Shown: positions 19,163 to 28,623 of the stretch, piece by piece
How the letters are laid out: every line of letters begins with the position of its first letter
How positions within the stretch are numbered: the first letter of the stretch is position 1
Origin: Candidatus Binatia bacterium
GTDB lineage: Bacteria; Desulfobacterota; Binatia; UBA9968
Reading direction: 5' to 3'
Length of the DNA: 64,000 nt
NCBI GenBank assembly: GCA_041483675.1
Contig: JBGPGE010000003.1
Location: 22,502-86,501 of the forward strand
Notes under the pieces: model-generated
Database searches by the model: none
Told to the model about the DNA's origin: nothing
The model's input: the letters and a program-made list of their open reading frames with translations, nothing else
Program-made: the position numbers and the translations under genes

Positions 19163-20347
19163 GTGAGACCTCTAAACATTCTGATCGCCAACAGCTGGCG
19201 CTACAACATCGGCGGGGTCGAGTTGTGGGCGGACCGATTGGCCGGTGGTTTGAGAGCGCGCGGTCACAACGTCGCTTTCGTCGTGCGCCGGGACTCCAAG
19301 CTCTATCCGAAGTTCATCGCCGACGGGGCCGAGGTTCATGCGTTTCCCATGCGCGGCGACATGGATCCGCGCACGGTGATTCCGTTAGCCCGGCTCATTC
19401 GGCGAAGGCGCGTGGACGTCATTCTCACCCTGAGAGAACGGGACTTTCGGTTGGCCGGGCTGGCGGCCAAGCTCGCCTGTCGAGGCCGTGTCGTTGCCCG
19501 GATGCGGGCGGTCTCGGGTCACGACCAGAGTCAACACAGGCGCGATTTACAGTTTTATCGGCAGCGGTGGAGGTACAATTATTTCGCCGCGAAAGTAATT
19601 ACGAATTCCACAAGAGGGAAGCGGGATTTAGTCGAGGGCGGGTGGCTTACGGCGGATCGGGTGGAGGTGCTGCGCAACGGCGTCGACCTAAACGCTTTCA
19701 ATCCGAAAAAAATCCTCGGCGGGCCGCTTAGAAAAGAGTACGGCATCCCCGCCGATGCGCCGGTCGTGTCTCTTATCGCCCGGTTAAGCGAAGGAAAAGG
19801 GCAGCTTCTGTTGGCCGAAGCTGCGTGTCGACTGCGGGAGCGCCACCCAAACGCGTTTTATTTATTGGTCGGAGGGCCGACGCGGCAAAAGTTTCTTCAG
19901 ACGCTAAGCGAGTTTATCCAGGAGACCGGCCTGCGGGAACGTTTGATTCTCACCGGTTTTCGGACCGACGTAGCGCGCATTCTCGCCGACACCGACGTGT
20001 TGGTGCTTCCCTCCGTCGCCGAGGGGCTGCCCAACGTGGTTCTGGAAGCGATGGCCATGCGCCGTCCGGTAATTGCCACGAATGTTGGCGGCACGGAAGA
20101 GGTTGTTGAGGATGGGGTGAACGGTTTTTTGCTCCCCGTTCCCGTGTCGGTCCCGCTGCTCTGCGAGAAACTTGATTTTCTCCTGGCGCATCCCGCGGAG
20201 CGGGAGCGAATGGGGAGAATGGGACGGGCCACGGTAGAGCGCGAGTTCGATCTTCGACGGAGCGTGGAGCGCTACGAAGAACTTTTCTATCGTGTCTTAG
20301 GCGAGCCTTGCGCGGGAGCGCGCCCGCCGGGCCTTTCCGATCGTTAA
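19163..20347 (+). CDS. Glycosyltransferase family 4
   Basis: GFRTDVARILADTDVLVLPSVAEGLPNVVLEAMAMRRPVIATNVGGTEEVV is the canonical GT4 C-terminal motif. Start is set at GTG and is uncertain. Confidence 0.8.
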   Translation: MRPLNILIANSWRYNIGGVELWADRLAGGLRARGHNVAFVVRRDSKLYPKFIADGAEVHAFPMRGDMDPRTVIPLARLIRRRRVDVILTLRERDFRLAGLAAKLACRGRVVARMRAVSGHDQSQHRRDLQFYRQRWRYNYFAAKVITNSTRGKRDLVEGGWLTADRVEVLRNGVDLNAFNPKKILGGPLRKEYGIPADAPVVSLIARLSEGKGQLLLAEAACRLRERHPNAFYLLVGGPTRQKFLQTLSEFIQETGLRERLILTGFRTDVARILADTDVLVLPSVAEGLPNVVLEAMAMRRPVIATNVGGTEEVVEDGVNGFLLPVPVSVPLLCEKLDFLLAHPAERERMGRMGRATVEREFDLRRSVERYEELFYRVLGEPCAGARPPGLSDR

Positions 20348-20364
20348 CTCGGAGGAGAAGATCC

Positions 20365-21102
20365 ATGGAGATTCTCGCCGTCATTCCCGCGCGAGGCGGT
20401 TCGAAGTCGGTGCCGCGGAAAAATATCCGGCCGCTTGCGGGCAGACCGCTGATCGCCTGGATCATCGGCGAAGCGAAAACATCCAAGCACATCACCCGCG
20501 CGATCGTGTCGACGGACGACCCGGAGATCGCCGCCGTGGCCAAAGCGCACGGCGCGGAAGTCCCGTTCATGCGGCCGGCGGAGCTGGCAGGGGATCTCTC
20601 GACCGACGTGGAGTTCCTGCTGCACGCGCTGGACCGGCTGAAGCGCGAAGAAAATTACGAGCCGGAGATCGTTCTCCGCCTCCCGCCGACCGCGCCTCTT
20701 TGCACGGCGGCGCGGATCGACGAGGGAATTCAGAAGCTTCTCGACACGCCGGAGGCCGACGCGGTTCGGCCGGTCGTCGAAGCCTCCAAGCATCCCTACA
20801 AAATGTGGAAGATCTCGGCCGATGGACGCTGGCTCGAGCCTTTCCTGGCGTCGGCGATCACCGGGTTCGCCGCGCCGCACGATCTGCCGCGGCAGCTCTT
20901 CCCGAAAGTCTACACGCAGACGGGGGCGATGGACGTGATCCGGCTCCGCACGCTGCGCGACTTGAAATCGACTTCGGGGAAAAAGCTCGCCTATTTTTTT
21001 ATGGAGCCTGAGGAAGCGATCAACATCGACCATGAGATGGATTTCGCGATGGCCGAATTCTTCATGCAGCGCCGTCTGCGGTCGCAGGCCGGCGGGAAAT
21101 AG
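20365..21102 (+). CDS. neuA: Acylneuraminate (nonulosonic acid) cytidylyltransferase, CMP-sugar synthetase
   Basis: ILAVIPARGGSKSVPRKNIRPLAGRPLIAW is the CMP-NeuAc synthetase/CTP-transferase-3 signature. GGAGGAG RBS. Confidence 0.8.
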   Translation: MEILAVIPARGGSKSVPRKNIRPLAGRPLIAWIIGEAKTSKHITRAIVSTDDPEIAAVAKAHGAEVPFMRPAELAGDLSTDVEFLLHALDRLKREENYEPEIVLRLPPTAPLCTAARIDEGIQKLLDTPEADAVRPVVEASKHPYKMWKISADGRWLEPFLASAITGFAAPHDLPRQLFPKVYTQTGAMDVIRLRTLRDLKSTSGKKLAYFFMEPEEAINIDHEMDFAMAEFFMQRRLRSQAGGK

Positions 21103-21193
21103 CCGTCCGGCATGGGCGCAAACCTTGCTACGGGGGCCGTTTAGGGTTAAAATCAACCAATTTTCGTCCGACAAAAGCAGCGGAGGTGCCAAG

Positions 21194-22753
21194 TTGCCGG
21201 AGGGCAAGGAATTCGATTTTAACGGCCTTTTTATCTTCGAGGTCGCGAACAATCACCAGGGAAGCGTGGCGCACGGTCACCGGATCGTCCGGGAGATCGG
21301 GCGCGTGGCGAAGGCCGCGGGGGTGCGCGGGGCCGTCAAGCTCCAACTACGCGATCTCGACACCTTTATCCATCCGGGCTACCGGGAGAGCCGCGAGAAC
21401 AAGCATATCCAGCGGTTCTTGTCGACGCGGCTTACGGAAGCTCAGTTCGGCGATCTGGTCGGCGAGATCAGGAACGAAGGGTTGATCCCGCTCTGCACGC
21501 CGTTCGATGAGCCGTCCGTGGATGTCATGATGCGGATGGGGCTCGATTTGATCAAGGTCGGCAGCTGCTCCGCGCAGGATTGGCCGCTGCTCGAGCGCGT
21601 GGCCGACGCGGGCAAACCGGTGATCTGCTCCACCGGCGGGCTGAGTGTCAAAGAGATCGACAACATCGTGAGCTTCTTCCAGCATCGCGGTATTCACTTC
21701 GCGTTGATGCATTGCGTGGCGATCTATCCTTCGCCCAACAGCAAGCTCTGCCTGTCGCAGATTCAAGTGCTGAAAAACCGCTATCCAGGCGTTCCGATCG
21801 GCTTTTCGACGCACGAAGAGCCGTCGAATCTGACCGCGGTCGGCGTCGCCTATGCGATGGGCGCGCGGCTCTTTGAGAAACACGTGGGCGTTCCCGACGC
21901 CGATGTCCAGCTAAACGCCTATTCCGCGACGCCGGAGCAGGTCGCGGCCTGGCTGGCCGCTTACGGCGAGGCCGTAGCGGCCTGCGGCGGGAACGGCGAG
22001 CGGCCGATCGAGGAGGCGGAGATCAAGGATCTGCGCTCTCTTACCCGCGGCGCCTACGCGAAGCGGCCGCTGAAAGCGGGCGTGGCGATGAAGCGCGGCG
22101 ACGTGTTTTTCGCGATGCCGCTGTTGGAAGGCCAGCTCACGAGCGGCCATTGGAATGAGGGACTGGTTGCCGATCGCGACTACGCGACGGGAGAGGCGCT
22201 CGCCGCCGCTTTGCGCTCCGGCCGCCCGGCCCGAAAAGAGCTGATCTATTCCAGCATCCACCAGCTCCGGGGGATGCTGAACGCGGCCCGTATTCCGCTC
22301 GGACACGATTTTTCGGTCGAGCTCTCTCATCACTACGGCCTGGAGCGGTTTCACGAGATCGGCTGCACGCTGATCGAGTGCATCAATCGCGACTACGCCA
22401 AGAAGCTGGTCGTCCAGACGCCGGGGCAGTGGAATCCGGTGCATTACCACAAAAAAAAGGACGAAACGTTTCAGGTGCTTCAGGGGGTGTTGGAGGTCGA
22501 GCTGGAGGGCAGAAAAAAAGTCCTCGAGCCGGGCGACGCGCTGTGGATTCCGCCCGGAGTCTGGCATGGGTTCGGCACCAAAACCGGCGTGATCTTCGAG
22601 GAGATTTCCACCCGCAGCTACAACGACGATTCGTTTTACGTCGATCGGGAGATCGCCGCGATGCCCCGGGAAGAGCGCAAGACATGGCTGCACAATTGGG
22701 GGCGGCACCAGTTTGATCCCCTGAGCGAGGAAGAAACGGAAGAGCGGAAGTAG
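21194..22753 (+). CDS. neuB: N-acetylneuraminate (nonulosonate) synthase fused to a C-terminal cupin domain
   Basis: FIFEVANNHQGS, LKVGSCS and ICSTGG are NeuB TIM-barrel motifs, followed by a SAF-like segment. The extra ~120 aa (VHYHKKKDETFQVLQGVLEVELEGRKKVLEPGDALWIPPGVWHGFG) is a cupin_2 barrel. TTG start has GGAGG 7 nt upstream. Confidence 0.8.
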   Translation: MPEGKEFDFNGLFIFEVANNHQGSVAHGHRIVREIGRVAKAAGVRGAVKLQLRDLDTFIHPGYRESRENKHIQRFLSTRLTEAQFGDLVGEIRNEGLIPLCTPFDEPSVDVMMRMGLDLIKVGSCSAQDWPLLERVADAGKPVICSTGGLSVKEIDNIVSFFQHRGIHFALMHCVAIYPSPNSKLCLSQIQVLKNRYPGVPIGFSTHEEPSNLTAVGVAYAMGARLFEKHVGVPDADVQLNAYSATPEQVAAWLAAYGEAVAACGGNGERPIEEAEIKDLRSLTRGAYAKRPLKAGVAMKRGDVFFAMPLLEGQLTSGHWNEGLVADRDYATGEALAAALRSGRPARKELIYSSIHQLRGMLNAARIPLGHDFSVELSHHYGLERFHEIGCTLIECINRDYAKKLVVQTPGQWNPVHYHKKKDETFQVLQGVLEVELEGRKKVLEPGDALWIPPGVWHGFGTKTGVIFEEISTRSYNDDSFYVDREIAAMPREERKTWLHNWGRHQFDPLSEEETEERK

Positions 22754-22776
22754 CTCCTCTCCGAAAATCCGCCTCC

Positions 22777-23427
22777 ATGATCAAAGCGGTTGTCCTCGAT
22801 TTCGACGGAGTGATCGTCGACTCCAACAAGCTCAAGCGTGAGAGCTTCTTCGCCCTATTTCCCCGGGACGAGGAAACCGCCGCCGTCGTCGGCGCGATCG
22901 TGTCGCAGAAGTGGCGGCGGTCGCGCTTTGAAATCCTGCGCGCGGCGATCGAGCGATTGAACCTGGCGGGCGAGGTAGAGATCGAGAGCCTGGTTCAGGC
23001 CTACGCTCGCCGTTACAACGAGAAGGTCCAGCGCGGCATCGCCGAGATGGGGCTGATCCCGGGCGTCGGCGAACGGCTGGCGGCGCTGTCGCAAAGGTAT
23101 CTCCTCTATGTCAATTCCGGGACCTACGAGCCGGCGCTGCGCGAGAGCGTCGAGCGGTTGAATATCTTGCAGCGGTTCCTGGCCGCGTACGGCGGTCCCG
23201 CGGGAAAAGTTGAAAATCTGCAAAAGATATTGGCTCATCGGTCGATCCGGGCGGAGGAGTCGGTCTTCGTCGGCGACGGGGCGGAGGACCGCGACGCGGC
23301 CCGCGAATGCGGCTGTCGGTTCGTCGGCGTAGCGAATGAATTCAACGGCTGGGGCGAGGAGGAGTTCCCGGTAGTCGGCGGCCTCGGCGCGGCTATCCCT
23401 ATCATCGACGGCTTTAATTCAATGTGA
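22777..23427 (+). CDS. HAD-superfamily hydrolase (subfamily IA phosphatase-like)
   Basis: Motif I VVLDFDGVIVDS. Motif IV VGDGAEDRDAA. Confidence 0.75.
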   Translation: MIKAVVLDFDGVIVDSNKLKRESFFALFPRDEETAAVVGAIVSQKWRRSRFEILRAAIERLNLAGEVEIESLVQAYARRYNEKVQRGIAEMGLIPGVGERLAALSQRYLLYVNSGTYEPALRESVERLNILQRFLAAYGGPAGKVENLQKILAHRSIRAEESVFVGDGAEDRDAARECGCRFVGVANEFNGWGEEEFPVVGGLGAAIPIIDGFNSM

Positions 23428-23430
23428 ACC

Positions 23431-23446
23431 CCGCCTCTTGAGGCGG
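23431..23446 (+). terminator. GC-rich hairpin (CCGCCT-CTTG-AGGCGG) immediately after the HAD gene stop
   Basis: Perfect 6-bp inverted repeat 4 nt after the TGA. No U-tract follows, so intrinsic-terminator function is uncertain. Confidence 0.3.
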
Positions 23447-23554
23447 GCACAAAGCCGATGGGGTTTCCAATGGGGAGAAGTGGCAGCTCTCCCCTTTGGT
23501 CGAACGCGGGGATTCAAGCCCCGTGTTCGATATAACTTGATTTGCAGAATCCTG

Positions 23555-24646
23555 GTGAAAACGATCAAAGTCAAAATAATCGGCGCAGGCTCGATCGGTA
23601 ATCATCTCGCCCACGCTTGCCGGCGGATGGATTGGGAGGTCGTGGTGGTGGACCGCGACCGCGCCGCGCTCGACCGGATGCGAAACGATCTCTACCCGGG
23701 CCGCTATGGCGGCTGGGACGAGCGCATCGAGCTTTGCGCCTCGGCGGACGAGCCGCGCGGCGGGTTCGATATCATTTGTATCGGCACTCCGCCCGACGCG
23801 CGCATGGGCTTGGCGGTCAAGGCGTTGGAAGAAATGCCGCGGATCTTACAGCTGGAAAAACCGCTCTGCTGCCCGACGTTGGAGGGGCTGGATCTCTTTT
23901 TGTCGCGCTACCGCGCGCAGCGGGAGACGATTGGGGTGGTCGGTTACGATCACGCGGTCTCGCAGGCGGTCTCCGCCGTGCTTGAGCGGCTGGATTCCGG
24001 TTGGGCCGGCGAAATGGCGACGGTTGATGTTGAATTCCGCGAGCATTGGAACGGCATTTTCAAAGCGCATCCGTGGCTTGCCGGTCCGCAGGATTCCTAT
24101 CTCGGATTTTGGTCGCGCGGCGGCGGCGCCGGCGGCGAGCACTCTCATGCGCTCCATCTCTGGCAGCTTCTCGCCCGGCGCGGCGGGCTGGGGAGTTGGC
24201 GCCAGGTCAGCGCCGTCATGGCGATGGAGCAGGCGGGAGGCGCGGATTACGATTCGTTATGCGCATTTTCATTTGTGACCGACCGGGGAAGGGTGGGACG
24301 GGTGGTCCAGGACGTCGTGACCTCGCCGCCGCGCAAATGGGCGCGGCTTCAGGGGTCGGAGGGCTTTATCGAGTGGATTTGCAACGGCGACGCCAAAGGG
24401 GATATGGTTCGCTATGGACGCGCAGGCAAGGATCCGGTCGAAGAGGTCTACCCGAAGACGCGGCCCGATGATTTTTATCGCGAGATGCAGCACCTGCGGG
24501 AGCTGCTCGAAAACCGGATTTCGCCGGAGCAGTCGCCGATCTCGCTGGAGAGCGGGGTGGCGGTGATGCGGGTCCTGGCGACGGCGCACCGGCATCGCAA
24601 CGGGACGGCGGAAATCCCATCGGCTCCGAACACTTTTCCCCGATAG
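23555..24646 (+). CDS. Gfo/Idh/MocA-family NAD(P)-dependent oxidoreductase
   Basis: IKVKIIGAGSIGNHLA Rossmann motif and EKP consensus (LQLEKPL). GTG start. The upstream in-frame region lacks an ATG. Confidence 0.7.
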   Translation: MKTIKVKIIGAGSIGNHLAHACRRMDWEVVVVDRDRAALDRMRNDLYPGRYGGWDERIELCASADEPRGGFDIICIGTPPDARMGLAVKALEEMPRILQLEKPLCCPTLEGLDLFLSRYRAQRETIGVVGYDHAVSQAVSAVLERLDSGWAGEMATVDVEFREHWNGIFKAHPWLAGPQDSYLGFWSRGGGAGGEHSHALHLWQLLARRGGLGSWRQVSAVMAMEQAGGADYDSLCAFSFVTDRGRVGRVVQDVVTSPPRKWARLQGSEGFIEWICNGDAKGDMVRYGRAGKDPVEEVYPKTRPDDFYREMQHLRELLENRISPEQSPISLESGVAVMRVLATAHRHRNGTAEIPSAPNTFPR

Positions 24647-24700
24647 ACGTTTCGATTCGTAGTTCGATTCGTGGTTTAAGGATAACGAAGGGCTCAAGAG

Positions 24701-26158
24701 ATGACGTTGTTTATCTACCTTCGGTTGGGCAATTCCCACCGTAACATCCTGCGTTCGGAGCTTTTTCCAACGCTCAGGTCCAATCGCAACTTGCGACTGG
24801 TCATTATCTCTCCGCTGGGCGATGAAGGCTATCTCAAGAGCGAGTTTCAAAGCGAGAACGTGTTCGTCGAGCGGCTGCCGAAAACCCGTCCCGACGGGCT
24901 GGAGCGCCAGCTCAAGAAGCTGAAAAACTATATCTGGTTGTCGCACAACCCGCCGGAGACGTTTCGCATCCGCCGGGAAAGGACGCGGCGGGAGGGGCTC
25001 TCCGGACGTCTACGGGTCGTTTGGGAAGAGAGCGTCGCGGCATTCATGAACGGCTTGGGGATTACCGAGAAAACCGTCGACGGATGGGAACTCGCGCTGT
25101 TTCGCCGCCGCAAGATCGCGCGCCTGTTCGACCGTTATCGGCCCGATGCGGTGTTGTTTACCAAGCTCCATTCCACCAATATCCACGTGGTGAAGGAGGC
25201 CAAGAAACGCGACATCGAAGCCGTCTGTTTCGTGGAGGGGTGGGACAATCCGACGAGCAAGGGGCCGTTTTCGGTCGAGCCGGACCATGTCCTCGTCTGG
25301 AACGAGTGCATGAAGCGGGAAATCGTCGAGCACCACCGCTTTCCGGCGGAGAAAATCGACGTCGTGGGGGTGCCGCAGTTCGATTTTTATTATGACCGCT
25401 CGAAGTTTTGCGGCCGGGAAGAGTTTTTTCGTAAACACGGATTCGATCCGACCCGGAAGCTGATCGCCTACTGCGTCGCGGGCGGCACGATCGCGCGGAG
25501 CGAGCCGCTGATCATCGACATGCTCTATCGGGCGATGATGGAGGGGCGGGTGAAATCGCCGGCGCAGCTTCTGGTCAGGCTCCATCCCACGACCCACGGA
25601 GACTATCTGAAAGAATTCGACCGGTTCAAGGGGCTGCCGCACTTGATCCTGCAGCCCGCGGGGCGGGTGGCGAAGATTCAGGACGGCTGGGATCCCTCCC
25701 AGCAGGACATGATGCGCTTGGCGGAAACCATGATCCATTCGAACGTCGTGATCAACGTCGCTTCGACGATTTCGCTCGACGCGATCGCTTTCGACACCCC
25801 GGTGGTCGGTATCGCGTTCGAAGGGGACGGGCCGCACGATTATCTGGATTCTTACCGCCGTTACTACGACTATACGCACTTCAACCCGGTGTTGCGCAAC
25901 GGCGGGCTTCGGCTCGCCGGCAGCCTGGCGGAATTGATCGACCACGTGAATCGGTATCTCGACGATCCGTCGCTGGATGCGGAGGGGAGGGCGCGGGTGA
26001 GGAAAGAACAGATGTACGCGCTGGACGGGAAGTCGGCAAGGCGAGCGGGCGAAGCGATTCTCAAGGCGCTCGGGCTCAGACCGGGCGTCGCCGAGGCTCA
26101 GCTTCGGGGGGATTTGGCGATTGCGCCAGCGAAACTTGAGTCCCCTTCGGAGGCGTAA
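24701..26158 (+). CDS. GT-B fold TagF/KpsC-like glycosyl- or glycerophospho-transferase (putative capsule/nonulosonate transferase)
   Basis: LVRLHPTTHGDY (HP motif) and VINVASTISLDAIAFDTPVVGIAFEG resemble the CDP-glycerol glycerophosphotransferase and KpsC/KpsS capsule families. The assignment is by motif only. Confidence 0.5.
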   Translation: MTLFIYLRLGNSHRNILRSELFPTLRSNRNLRLVIISPLGDEGYLKSEFQSENVFVERLPKTRPDGLERQLKKLKNYIWLSHNPPETFRIRRERTRREGLSGRLRVVWEESVAAFMNGLGITEKTVDGWELALFRRRKIARLFDRYRPDAVLFTKLHSTNIHVVKEAKKRDIEAVCFVEGWDNPTSKGPFSVEPDHVLVWNECMKREIVEHHRFPAEKIDVVGVPQFDFYYDRSKFCGREEFFRKHGFDPTRKLIAYCVAGGTIARSEPLIIDMLYRAMMEGRVKSPAQLLVRLHPTTHGDYLKEFDRFKGLPHLILQPAGRVAKIQDGWDPSQQDMMRLAETMIHSNVVINVASTISLDAIAFDTPVVGIAFEGDGPHDYLDSYRRYYDYTHFNPVLRNGGLRLAGSLAELIDHVNRYLDDPSLDAEGRARVRKEQMYALDGKSARRAGEAILKALGLRPGVAEAQLRGDLAIAPAKLESPSEA

Positions 26159-26165
26159 TATTTCT

Positions 26166-27083
26166 GTGAATGCGAGAGAATATTGTGTATCCGTGGCTAT
26201 CGCCACCAAAGGGCGCATCGAGGGGCTGGACCGGCTCTTGCGCACGCTTTCGGAGGACGAGGCCCGCGAGGAGATTCCTCATGAGATTTTAGTCGGCAAC
26301 AACGCGCCCGACGAGGCGGCCGCTCGCGCGGTCGAGGAGACGGTGCGAAAGTATTCGGGGCGGCCGAATTCCGCCCTGCGCTCGTCCCGCGAGCCGGTGC
26401 CGGGCAAATGCCTCACTTTGAATCGTCTCCTGCCGATCGCCAAAGGGGAGATCCTTGCCTACCTGGACGACGACGTTGAAGTCGCGCCGGGCTGGCTCAG
26501 GGCGACGCGCGATTTTTTCGTTCAGCATCCCTACGAGGTGATGCAGGGCCGTATTCTTTTTCCGCCGGCGATCAAGGACGATCCCGAGTTCCTGAAAGCC
26601 TGGAACCGCTATCGCACGATCATGTACGTGAATTTCGGGGACGAGGTGAAGCAAATCCGCGACCTCACGGGCGCCAATATGGCGGTCAGGCGGGAGGTTT
26701 TCGACAAGGTCGGCCTGTTCGACGAGCGCATCGGTCCGGGACAGTCCGGTACCTCGATGGATGTAGAATTCGGCCAGCGGGTCATGCGCATGGGACTCCG
26801 CATCGGCTACGCGCCGGCCTCGATCGTCTACCACGACATCGACTGGTCGCGGTTTACCGAGGAATATTTCCGTTCGCGTCACGAACAGCAGGGCCGGAGC
26901 CGTCTGATCTACAAGAACAGCTCGATGGCGGCGATTGTCGCAGATCTCACTCGTTCGCTGCTTTCGCTCGGGTGGTATTCCCTGTTTTACAACGAGCGTA
27001 AGCGATACCGATCTCTGGGAAGAACCTATCATTATCGAGCCATGCTGAAGGAAAAGATGGGACGCCTATGCGAGTCTGCCTGA
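26166..27083 (+). CDS. Glycosyltransferase family 2
   Basis: VSVAIATKGRIEGLDRLLRTL and a LDDDVEV DXD-type motif. GTG start. Confidence 0.75.
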   Translation: MNAREYCVSVAIATKGRIEGLDRLLRTLSEDEAREEIPHEILVGNNAPDEAAARAVEETVRKYSGRPNSALRSSREPVPGKCLTLNRLLPIAKGEILAYLDDDVEVAPGWLRATRDFFVQHPYEVMQGRILFPPAIKDDPEFLKAWNRYRTIMYVNFGDEVKQIRDLTGANMAVRREVFDKVGLFDERIGPGQSGTSMDVEFGQRVMRMGLRIGYAPASIVYHDIDWSRFTEEYFRSRHEQQGRSRLIYKNSSMAAIVADLTRSLLSLGWYSLFYNERKRYRSLGRTYHYRAMLKEKMGRLCESA

Positions 27084-28540
27084 TTTTCCCGAAATCCACA
27101 TTTTTAGAAGACCCGATGGTGTTTCCACCTCTGGGTCTCTGGTGGCTCTGGTCGGTGCTGGAAAAGGCCGGCCATGAAGTCGCGTTCATCGACATGTCGG
27201 AGCACAACCTCGATACGAGCGAGGTTCCGCGCGGCTTTGACGCCTATCTGGTTTCGGGGACCTCGCCCCAAGGCCGGGAGATAAGAAAGCTCGGAGTAGA
27301 GTGTCGCAACCGTGGAGTGCCGGCGATCCTGGGCGGCCCCCATGCGACCAACTATCCTCGCGACTGTCGAAAGTATTTTCCGCTGGTTGTCCGTAGGGAA
27401 GGCGAGAGCGCCGTGCTGAAGGCCCTGGAGCGCGTGCAGCGCGGCGCGGCGCTCGAGTATCTCTCGGACGAGGATCTGGTGAGAGTGCGAATGGGCGAAA
27501 AGCCCGCTTTGGAAAAATGCCAGCGCGGCGTGATCGAGGACGCCTTCATCGGCGACCTGGGCACGGTCCCGATACCGAATCGCACTTACGCCGGACACTA
27601 TCATTATTATCTTGCGGACGAGAACGGCGTCAAGCGGCGGGGAACCAGCATGTTTACCTCGCGCGGCTGTCCGAAGCGCTGCGATTTTTGCGACTCGCCC
27701 AACCTGTGGTCGCGCGTCGTTCGCAATACGCCGGTTACCAGGGTCGCCGAGGAATTCGCTCAGATCAAAGCATTGGGGCTGGACGCCATTCAGTTCTACG
27801 ACGACATCCTGCCGATCAATCCGCGCCGGGTCGCCGAGATCTGCGGCCATCTCAAGCGCTACGGGTTTATCTGGAGATGTTTCTGCCGCGTCGATATCAT
27901 CACGAAGCACGGCGGCAAGGACTACCTTAAGTTCATGTACGACCATGGGCTGCGGGAGGTCCTGATCGGCGCCGAGTCCGGCTCGCAGACGATCCTCAAC
28001 AACATTCACAAAGAGACGACGGTCGAGCAGAACGCCAATGTCCTCCAGTGGTGCGACGAGGTCGGGATACGGTGCAAGCTGTCTTTCATCGTCGGACTCC
28101 CGGGCGAAACGCGAGAGACCCTGGAGGAGACGCGAAAGTTTCTCCGTACGCACCTGATCCAGGCGTCGCGCAGGATGCCGCACAAAGTCGATCTCTGCTC
28201 GTATATCCCGATGGCGGGAACACCGATCTACAAAGCCGTGATGCGCCGGCAGGACGACAGCCTGGATGGGGGAGAGGAGTTCGACAGCTACGGCTATCAT
28301 CCGGGGGAAAACGTCTCCGATTTCGATCTGCGGTGGAATGTCGATGCCGCGCTGATGGATAATTTTTTCTACGAACCGGACAGCCTCGACGGCCATTTGG
28401 CCCCCGACGAGATTTTCTACAAAGGAAGGGCCGGCGCCGTGCGCCAGATCGTCTCCACTTCGAGTATAACCCGGGAAGAGCTGCAAAAGGCCCGCGATGA
28501 GATGGAAGCCGAGGTGCGGGCTGCGGGAATCTCATACTGA
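27068..28540 (+). CDS. B12-binding domain-containing radical SAM protein (class B radical SAM)
   Basis: N-terminal cobalamin-binding Rossmann-like region (LIFPKS...GHEVAFIDMS...LVSGTS) and a CxxxCxxC cluster SRGCPKRCDFCDS. A downstream GAESGSQTIL-type motif is also present. Confidence 0.8.
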   Translation: MRVCLIFPKSTFLEDPMVFPPLGLWWLWSVLEKAGHEVAFIDMSEHNLDTSEVPRGFDAYLVSGTSPQGREIRKLGVECRNRGVPAILGGPHATNYPRDCRKYFPLVVRREGESAVLKALERVQRGAALEYLSDEDLVRVRMGEKPALEKCQRGVIEDAFIGDLGTVPIPNRTYAGHYHYYLADENGVKRRGTSMFTSRGCPKRCDFCDSPNLWSRVVRNTPVTRVAEEFAQIKALGLDAIQFYDDILPINPRRVAEICGHLKRYGFIWRCFCRVDIITKHGGKDYLKFMYDHGLREVLIGAESGSQTILNNIHKETTVEQNANVLQWCDEVGIRCKLSFIVGLPGETRETLEETRKFLRTHLIQASRRMPHKVDLCSYIPMAGTPIYKAVMRRQDDSLDGGEEFDSYGYHPGENVSDFDLRWNVDAALMDNFFYEPDSLDGHLAPDEIFYKGRAGAVRQIVSTSSITREELQKARDEMEAEVRAAGISY

Positions 28541-28623
28541 ACCCTCTGGCGAGCGCGGTGGCGGCCACTGGGTGTCGTGCGAGGCTTGCCAAGCGGTGCT
28601 ACCCGCTCATACTTACATAACCG

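Noticed and set aside
23500-23530. Possible tRNA or tRNA fragment (T-arm-like CGGGG-ATTCAAG-CCCCG)
   Set aside because: The loop does not fit the T-psi-C consensus. No D-arm or anticodon arm can be drawn, and no CCA or acceptor pairing fits the tRNA geometry. It is reported only as a structured element.
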